From NCBI GenBank assembly GCA_951406725.2, contig OX597815.1, positions 3,534,001 to 3,598,000 of the forward strand: 64,000 nt of DNA. The letters are read 5' to 3'. Below the pieces are notes generated by a model, which worked only from the letters and a program-made list of their open reading frames with translations, was not told the origin of the DNA and made no database searches. Made by a program: the position numbers and the translations under genes. The DNA comes from Octopus vulgaris. Its lineage: Eukaryota. Of the stretch, positions 55,076-64,000 are shown in pieces (the stretch's first letter is position 1; each line of letters opens with the position of its first letter).

Positions 55076-56661
55076 ACACTGAGTAAATGTAGGAGAAAAT
55101 ATGATCCGTATAACGTAACGCAGTCAAGGGTTCGCCTGATGATCTGTTGTGGTTCAGCATCCAATTGCATTTGGCTCATGTAACGCAAGCGTTGCCAGGA
55201 ACCACAACGGTGAAACGGATGTAGAGAACAAATGATATATACTTTTGCTTATCATAATTTTTTATCACAGATATGCATATAACTAAATTTTTCCAGTAAT
55301 TGCCGATACGAGTTCGATACACAGCTGATTTTTTTATCTTTTACTTGTTCCAGGCATTAGATTGCGGCCATGCTGGGGCATCGCCTTAAAGACCTTTTAT
55401 TCTAATGAATCGACCCCAGTACTTATTTTTTGAAGCATGGTACAAAAATTTAGACGACAACAGATGACTGAAGAGACAAGATATCGTAGATATCAACTGA
55501 AGGGTTTTGAGGGAAACGACAGAATATTATGAAAGTGTGAGAAGAAGTTGAGGGCTGACCACGGCACCACACAAATGCAGCATGGAATTTCTTTGGTTCC
55601 GGCTCCTATCGCTGACAGCTTTGTCTCTGTACAATGTAGGAAAGACATGTCAACGTTGTGGAGTGCATTGATATCCAAGTTAATTAAAGCTTCAAATATC
55701 CAAGTACCGAGAAAAAAAACACAAACACAACAAAACAAAGCATGTGGTAAGACGTTTGCTTCCCAACCACATGGTTCAGGGTTCAATCTCTCTATAGAAT
55801 CGCAAACCTAGGGGCCGTAAACATACCAGCGCCAGTTATAAAGCAGTGGTGGGGGACAACATAGACACAAGGACACACACAGAGTTTGCGTCTGCCAAAT
55901 CCACTCACAAGGTTTGGTCTGCCCAAGGCAGTAGTAGAAGACACTTCCCCAAGGTGCCACACAGTGGGACTGAACACGGAACCATGTGGTTCTAAAGCGA
56001 TCTTCTTTACAAGACAGCCATACCTGGAAATTTCAACAAAAATACTCTTCCCTAAATAGCTTTATTCTCTATTTCATTTATGTTTTTGTCCGATTAACTA
56101 AACTAAACTTGCTAAAACTAGAAGGAAAAAAGCAAGGAAAACAAATCTGAAACGGATTTCCTTACTAAATAAACTTCACTCTCTAAACAAATTCTTTCGT
56201 TAAGCAAACCTATCTTGCTAAGTAAATTTCATTAGCTGTACAAACTTTTCTAAATGCCGTCAGTTAACAAGCTTCTAAGATAAACACACATACACACACA
56301 AAAAAGAAAGAAAAAACAGAAGAAACTTTATGATTTAACAATCTACTTATTTAAACAAACATCTCTAGCTAAATTTACTGCCGTATTATATTAAACGGAA
56401 ATCATTTACTAAAACATTCGTTAGTAGATGCATTAGTTTTGCATAAATATCCTATCTTCGGCGAAACACTGGACAGTCTTCATCTATTGACCTTCTTCTC
56501 CAGCATTCAACCAATCATTGTTATTCCATTCCTGTTTATCATCAAATGGAGAAGATGAATCGCCAAAGAGTGGACATTGCCGGGAAAACAGCCTCTGGTC
56601 ACCTGACTTACTACATATACAAGCTGTGAAGGTAGCATCGAGAATAAAACACCAGACCGTT

Positions 56662-56733
56662 TCCTATGAGGTCTGAGGGTTAGGATTTCTAGCTGTCTCC
56701 AAGGCATCCCGGGTTCGATTCCCGACATAGGAA
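56662..56733 (+). tRNA. tRNA-Glu-like body with GTC anticodon, probably a pseudogene
   Basis: 72 nt cloverleaf: TCCTATG/CATAGGA acceptor, GGTTAGGAT D-arm, loop CTGTCTC, T-arm CCGGGTTCGATTCCCGA. Confidence 0.7.
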
Positions 56734-57120
56734 ATTGTTATATTTTAGGCGCAGGCATTGCTGTGTAGTTAGGAAAGTCACTTGGCAGCTACATGATTCC
56801 GAGTTCAGTCCTACTACACGACCAGTGCCTTTTACAATAGGCCCAGGTCGACTAATGGCTTGTGAGTGAATCTGGTAGATGGAAACTGTACGCAAGCATA
56901 TCATACGTACGTATGACTGCTTGCATATTCGTGTATGTATATATACAGGGTTGCCCAAAGGTAGGTTTACAGTTATCACGTGGGCACTTTAAATTTCTTT
57001 TAAAACATTTTATTACATTTAAATTTCTATCTTACAATTATATCTGTATATCTGTGTGTGTGTGTAAGCGAATATATTCAGGCAACCTTCGACTTTTTCT
57101 GTTCAAAAGGGTTTCCAACC

Positions 57121-57501
57121 CAATATTTTACGTTATAGTTTGTAGCTCTAGGTGCTTCGAGATATACTATCCCCAAGAGCGAATTAGTTCAAGTTGTGCA
57201 AGTTTATAAAATTTTTATGACGTCAACAATATGTGTGTGTGTGAATCCCCGTAACTTAGTGAGTTGACAAAATAGATCGACAGAATTAGTACCAGGCTGA
57301 AAAAGTACCAATATTTTACATGTTATGGTTTGTAGCTCTAGGTGCTTCGAGATATACTATCCCTAAGAGCGAATTAGTTCAAGTTGTGCAAGTTTATAAA
57401 ATTTTTATGAAGTCAACAATATGTGTGTGTGTGTGTGTGAATCCCTGTAACTTAGTGAGTTGACAAAATAGATCGACAGAATTAGTACCAGGCTGAAAAA
57501 G
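57121..57501. repeat. Tandem duplication of a ~190 bp unit
   Basis: 57121-57305 versus 57309-57501, near-identical. Confidence 0.92.
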
Positions 57502-58247
57502 AATAAGTTCCGAGGTCGATTCGTGCAACTAACATTCTTCAGCGCGGTGCTCCAGCATGGCCGCAACCTAATGACTCAAACAAGTGAACGTTAAACGATA
57601 AAGATACAAGTATAAATTGAAGTGCGTGGCGGCGGAGGAAGTGTTTCCTTCCGATGCAGAGTTAGTCCCCGACACGTCAAATTCCTGATCAGCCTACACC
57701 AAATCTGCTTAAACAAATTCTCAAACTCCACCGTCCACCATCGCTACAAGATTAAATGTGTGGCATATATTTGATAAATTATTAGAAATGCCGATGAGAT
57801 CTTCTTACGATGCTGATTGTCACGTTAAAGCAATCTTCGACTTTCTACACGATGGACTTTATTCAGGTAAAACCGAATATTTTAGCACCAAAATTGCGCC
57901 TCCTCCCCCGCCGTTTGTGTCTCTCTTGCAGCCTTCCTCTATCTCTCTGTCTCTTTCTCTCTATCCTTCGCCATCTCTGCACACTCCTTTCTCAAACTCT
58001 CTTTCGTTCCCTCCCTCCCTCTCTTTCTCTGTCTCTCTCTCTTTGTCAATCCCTCTCCCTCCCTCCCTCCCTCATCTCTCTCTCTCTCTTTCTCACTCGC
58101 TTTCTGATTCTGCATTCCTTTTCGTACGTCTCAGCACTCACCTACATAGACACGCATATGAGTATGTGCGCACGAACATGTGTATGTGTGGGTGCGTGTG
58201 TGTGGATGTACATGTATACGTGTACGTGTATACATATGTATATGTTT

Positions 58248-58325
<78 letters not shown>

Positions 58326-58383
58326 TAGATAGATAGATATATGTATGCATGTATGTTTATGTGCCTTCGAGGAGGGATGTGTC

Positions 58384-58446
<63 letters not shown>

Positions 58447-58543
58447 GTATATATGTGTGTGTGTGCGTGCGTGTGTGTATGTATATATATATATATATAT
58501 ATATACATGCACACACACACACACATATATATATACATGCACT

Positions 58544-58591
<48 letters not shown>

Positions 58592-59030
58592 TGTATGTGT
58601 GTGTGTATTTGTATGTATGTACATGTATATATACGGGTATATATGCGTATGTATATATATATATGCATATATGTGTGTATATATATATATGCATATATAT
58701 ATATATATTTATATGTATGTATGTATGCATACAAAAATGTGTGTGAATATGTATGCACAGACACACACACACATACCTGTGTGTAAAGCAGATGAGATTG
58801 AGGAGGTACAAGAAACTTGAGAAGTGGACTGTGAAAGTGCGCGCGTGCGTACTTGTCGGTGCCGGTGTGAATGCGCATGCGTGCGCATAGTGCTCATGCG
58901 TTTTAGTGTGCACATATATATATGCGTGCACCTGTGAACGCATGCGCTTGCATGTGTACGTACGTGTATGATGAACGTATGCGTGTGTCAAAGTAGACAT
59001 GCGTGTGCTTCTGTGTGTGTGTGTGTGTGT

Positions 59031-59070
<40 letters not shown>

Positions 59071-59248
59071 GTGTGTTTTTGCGTCCGTGTGTGTTTTTGC
59101 GTCCGTGTGTGCAGAAGTGCACATATATATGCGTTTGCATGTGTATGTACGTGTATGAACGTATGTGTGTGTGAAAGTAGACCTGCGTGTGCTTGTGTGT
59201 GTGTATGTGTGTGTGTGTGTGCGTGTGTGTGTGTGCGTCTGTGTGTGT

Positions 59249-59294
<46 letters not shown>

Positions 59295-59875
59295 AAGTGA
59301 ATAAGGAGTTGGATGCAAAAGAGTGGAAAAAATCCAATGAACAAGCTCCAATGCCTTTCAAGCAAACATTCTGGTCATTTGTCTTGTACAATGTTCACCA
59401 AGGAGAAACCTCCTCCTCCTCCTCCTCCTCCTCCTCCTGTCCCCTTCTCCCCCGCCATCTCTTACACGAAGGGAAAACGCAGTAAGGAACGACGCTCTTT
59501 TCCATTCCCAAGCTTGCCGCCATCTTGACATACATTAAACCGTTATGTGTGTCTCGCCCTATATTCTTCTCTCTTTCCCTAAAACAAGATCTATGTTAAT
59601 TCCTATTATTATAGTATTTTGTTGATGCATTTCATCAATTTATATAATATTATATGCTTCGTCACGAAAAATATGGGTCATTATGTTTTTTCGCCATCAT
59701 CAACATTAATATTAACATTGTTATTATTATTATTATTGTTATTGTTATCATCATCATGTTTGACTTTTGCATTTATATTTGTACAAGTTGGCTCCATCTA
59801 TTAGAGACCTCATTTTTCATTTGTTATTATTATTATTATTATTATTATCATCATCATTATCATCATCATCATCAA

Positions 59876-59907
<32 letters not shown>

Positions 59908-60069
59908 GTATTATTATTATTAGATTACATTATTATCAGGATATGAGCAGTTCCATGATCACTCATCATTTGAACTTCTGCCATTATTATTCCTTATCTA
60001 TTAGCTATTATTATTATCATTATTATTATTATTATTATTATTATTCCACATTATTATTATCCTATTTCA

Positions 60070-60650
60070 AGATCTTTATAAATTGTGCTCCAGCGTTTTT
60101 GGTAGGCCTTCGTCGTATATTCTAAAACCATTGGGACCAAAATCTACATATGCACATTAGGAGGTTGTTCTTTATTTGAAGTTTTTCAATATGACGTCTG
60201 GCCTATCGCATCTATTGTGATGTCAGTTCTGGAAGGTAAGTTCAGAGGTGAATATGGTCATTATTCCAGAGCAGTGGTTTGTGTTCCCACCAGTTTTTTT
60301 CATGGGGCAAATCCAGGTTTTTACAGATTACCCAGTGAATATATTGTGCAGCTCTATCGTGCCTGTTGAGATACTCTGTAGGCGCTAGAAGACTGCACTT
60401 GGAGACCACATGGTCAATGGTTTCATTTTGTTGCTTGCATACACGACACGTTGGACTGCTTCTGATCTTTAATATGTTGGCCTGGTAGTTTCTTGTTGGT
60501 AGGCATTGATCTTGAGCTGCTATGATAAACCCCTCTGTTTCAGATTTTAAGCCAGAGGCCATTAGCCATTGATGGGTCAGGGCTTTGTCGATATCTGCAT
60601 TATTCGCTCTCTTTGGGTATTTGCCATAGAGAGGTTTTTCTTGCCATTTA
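60070..60650 (-). mobile_element. R4/Dong-like RLE LINE fragment (CCHC zinc knuckle)
   Basis: GLKSETEGFIIAAQDQ..CRVCKQQNETIDHVVSKC..RHD. A degraded partial duplicate lies at 61205-61395. Confidence 0.9.
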
Positions 60651-60651
60651 T

Positions 60652-60711
<60 letters not shown>

Positions 60712-60762
60712 GTTATCATTATTATCATTATTATTATCATTATCATCATCATTATTATTAAT

Positions 60763-60807
<45 letters not shown>

Positions 60808-60844
60808 GTTATCATTATTATCATTATTATTATCATTATCATCA

Positions 60845-60906
<62 letters not shown>

Positions 60907-60957
60907 GTTATCATTATTATCATTATTATTATCATTATCATCATCATTATTATTAAT

Positions 60958-60990
<33 letters not shown>

Positions 60991-60998
60991 CATCATCA

Positions 60999-61056
<58 letters not shown>

Positions 61057-61200
61057 TTATCATCATCATCATCATCATCATCATTATTATTATTATTATT
61101 ATCATCATCATCATCATCATCATTATTATTATTATTATTATTATTAATATTATTATTATTATTATTATTATTGTTGTTATCATTATTATTATTATTATTA
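60650..61200. repeat. (TTA/TCA)n microsatellite
   Basis: Seen directly. Confidence 0.98.
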
Positions 61201-61656
61201 TCCTTGTAAAGACTGGCTGATAAATTGTCTCCAGCGTTCGTGCCTTCGTCGTATATTCTAAAACCAGTGACCAAAATCTACATTGCACATTAGGAGGTTA
61301 CCAATTATTCCCCTCAGGTAGACGTAGGCATCGCATCATTGTGATGATTCTGCAAGGTATGCAGGTGTGAATATATTTGCGTTATTCCAGAGCAGTCATA
61401 TTTACCATTTTAATCATAAAGCTAAACAAAGGCAAACTGAAGAATTCATAGGAATTATTTTATCCTAAATACTAAAAGAAGAAGAAGAAGGAAAAAAATG
61501 AAAGAAATACATATTAAAATTAAGAATTCCAGGGCGGAATATTGATATGTGTGTATATACATACATACATACATACAGAGAGAGAGAGAGAGATAGGAAG
61601 AAAGAGAGAGAGAGAGAGATACGAAGAAAGAGAGACAGAGATATATAAGTATATGC

Positions 61657-61744
<88 letters not shown>

Positions 61745-61825
61745 ACGTGTTTACGTATACACACGTCCATACACACGTACATACACACGCACACACACAT
61801 ATGTATACACATATACATACATGTG

Positions 61826-61912
<87 letters not shown>

Positions 61913-61933
61913 GAAGAGAGAGTGAAAGAGATT

Positions 61934-61958
<25 letters not shown>

Positions 61959-61964
<6 letters not shown>

Positions 61965-62202
61965 AATTTAGATGAATGACCACTAATAGCGGAGAGCCTG
62001 TATGCTAGAAATAGACGTCAAACTCGCCATTTACCACGAAGAATGTGTTCTCAAGAAAAAATTCAGCAGAAAACCAAAGTGTAAAAATAAGCAAGACAAA
62101 TGAAAATATACGAAATAAAAAATGATTACCTATGCGAGTTTGTCGTCTATTTCTAGCATACAGGCTGTCCACTATTAGTGGCCATTCCTCTAAATTTTGT
62201 AT
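61959..62202. mobile_element. Element with ~69 bp imperfect TIRs
   Basis: 61959-62027 pairs with 62134-62202. Confidence 0.85.
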
Positions 62203-62274
62203 GTATAAAAATTTTTAATCTTCGGATTTAAAAAAAAATATGCTAGGCCACTGGTTTTAATTGATTAATATTCG

Positions 62275-62331
<57 letters not shown>

Positions 62332-62347
62332 CAATGATTGATTGATT

Positions 62348-62648
62348 GAGTGATTTCGAAGTCTCGGCCAGCTAAGCTATCGCCGGACTGCGATGCATCA
62401 GAGCTAATCTTACAGACTTGTTTACAAAGTTCTAAATGCATTAATAAATTATAAACAAAAATATATCCGCAAATTTAAATAATTAAAACTTTTCTAAAAC
62501 CCCTTTCCCAAACAACTAACCATAAAAGAAAACCTAATTACAACTCAAACCCTCGCACTCAAAGATGGTTTTTTAAAACTCAGCAGCGACTGATTCTATA
62601 TATCGCTGCCCGATGGTAGCTGAGCTAGCTGAAACATCGAAGTCACTG
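62348..62648. mobile_element. MITE with imperfect TIRs
   Basis: AGTGATTTCGAAGTCTCGGCCAGCT .. AGCTAGCTGAAACATCGAAGTCACT. Confidence 0.7.
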
Positions 62649-62872
62649 TCTACAACAATCTTGGTTAAGAAAAACAAATTTGTATTATACAAGAGTATAG
62701 GATAACCCATGAGGATAATGTGAAATTGTTTAGATTTCAACTGAACATAATAACAAACATTAATGGGGGGGGAGACAGGAGGAGTGTGTTTGCGTGTGTA
62801 TATTTGGCTCTGAATACTCACAAAAATACACTCGTAAAGAGACATACACAGACACGCACAAAACATTTACGT

Positions 62873-62903
<31 letters not shown>

Positions 62904-62971
62904 GAGTAAACACATAAATGTGAAACAAGGTGAAAAAAAGACTACTCAAATACCAGTGGTAGAGTAATATG

Positions 62972-63127
62972 CTTTATTTAAAGCAGCAGAAAATTCAACA
63001 AAACCTGTTACTCTGAGTTTCCCGTTGCCGTTCATCGGACAGTTTTTGAGTAAAAACTGTCCGATGAACGGCAACGGGAAACTCAGAGTAACAGGTTTTG
63101 TTGAATTTTCTGCTGCTTTAAATAAAG
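62972..63127. ncRNA. Perfect palindrome with 76 bp arms and a hammerhead motif on each strand
   Basis: + copy 63052-63099: CUGU-CCGAUGA-a-CG-gcaa-CG-g-GAAA-CUC-a-GAG-UA-ACAG, then AATAAA at 63121. Confidence 0.75.
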
Positions 63128-63296
63128 TGTATATATATATATATATATTTAAATTTTAACTTTAATTTAAATATTTTAATTGGATTTTTATATTTTATAT
63201 TTTATATTTTTTATATATTTTTTAATTAATTTTTTTCTATGTATTGGCTTATGATTTTCACTGTTTGATTTGCCTAATAGTGGTTTTATCTCTAAT

Positions 63297-63365
<69 letters not shown>

Positions 63366-63528
63366 TGATTGATTGATTGATTGATTCTAGTTTCAGCTTA
63401 TGAGCTGTGGCCATGCTGGGGCACCGCCATTTGGTGTTGCTACTTGGTTTCACATATATATATATATAAAGTATCTGGTGGTATCTCGTAAATACCTTAA
63501 TTTATAATTATATATATATACACACACA

Positions 63529-64000
63529 CAGGGTTTGGACAAAATAATGGAAACACCAAGCATCACAGCATCATAATTTTGAAATATCTATAAAACCGTC
63601 AAAAGCTTGTTTATTTTTAAGTTTTTTTTAATTATTATTAGTGTTGTTTAATATGTTTTGATAAAATTGCTGTTTCTTTTCAGATATCATCAAAAGAAGG
63701 TAATTAAATTTCATTAAAATGACAGATCTACCGGACTTTCGAAGAGATCAAACTGTTGGTGCTCGTATGGCAGGCGCTAGCGTAACGAAAACAGCCGAAA
63801 TGTTTGGTGTGTCAAGAAGTACTGTCTCGAAAGTAATGACAGCCTTTCAGAAAGAAAGAAAAACCTCCTCGTCGAAACAAAACTCCGGAAGAAAACCAAA
63901 ACGTTCAGATAGGGACCGTCGGATTCTTACGCGAATCGTTAGAAAGAATCACAAAAGTACAGCTCTCAAAATTACTACAGAGCTTAATGACCACCTTGAG
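63529..64000 (+). mobile_element. Tc1/mariner transposon left end with transposase N-terminus (ORF 63719 to window end)
   Basis: TIR-like CAGGGTTTGGACAAAATAATGGAAACACC; MTDLPDFRRDQTVGARMAGASVTKTAEMFGVSRSTVSKV..SGRKPK (HTH plus GRPR-like motif). Confidence 0.88.

Overview
This is eukaryotic, repeat-saturated DNA. The SINE families and microsatellite load suggest an octopus or other coleoid cephalopod (inference). The only supportable host coding sequence is the first coding exon (bHLH domain) of a single-minded (sim/SIM-like) bHLH-PAS gene on the minus strand (CDS 31034-31208), flanked by a good splice acceptor and donor. I found no further sim exon, so most of the window is probably intronic or upstream sequence. 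The rest is microsatellites, which explain nearly all ORFs in the track, plus tRNA-derived SINEs, RTE, R4/Dong and CR1 LINE fragments, Helentron/DINE-like elements, MITEs, two tRNA-like cloverleafs and the start of a Tc1 transposon. The most notable unannotated signal is 12 type I hammerhead-ribozyme (HHR) motifs from about seven unrelated sequence families. Most have a self-complementary helix III and sit in (TA)n-flanked elements. Several are bracketed by inverted repeats or duplicated as large palindromes, as expected for Penelope-like or retrozyme-like non-autonomous elements. All folds were read by eye, activity is untested, and repeat boundaries are approximate.
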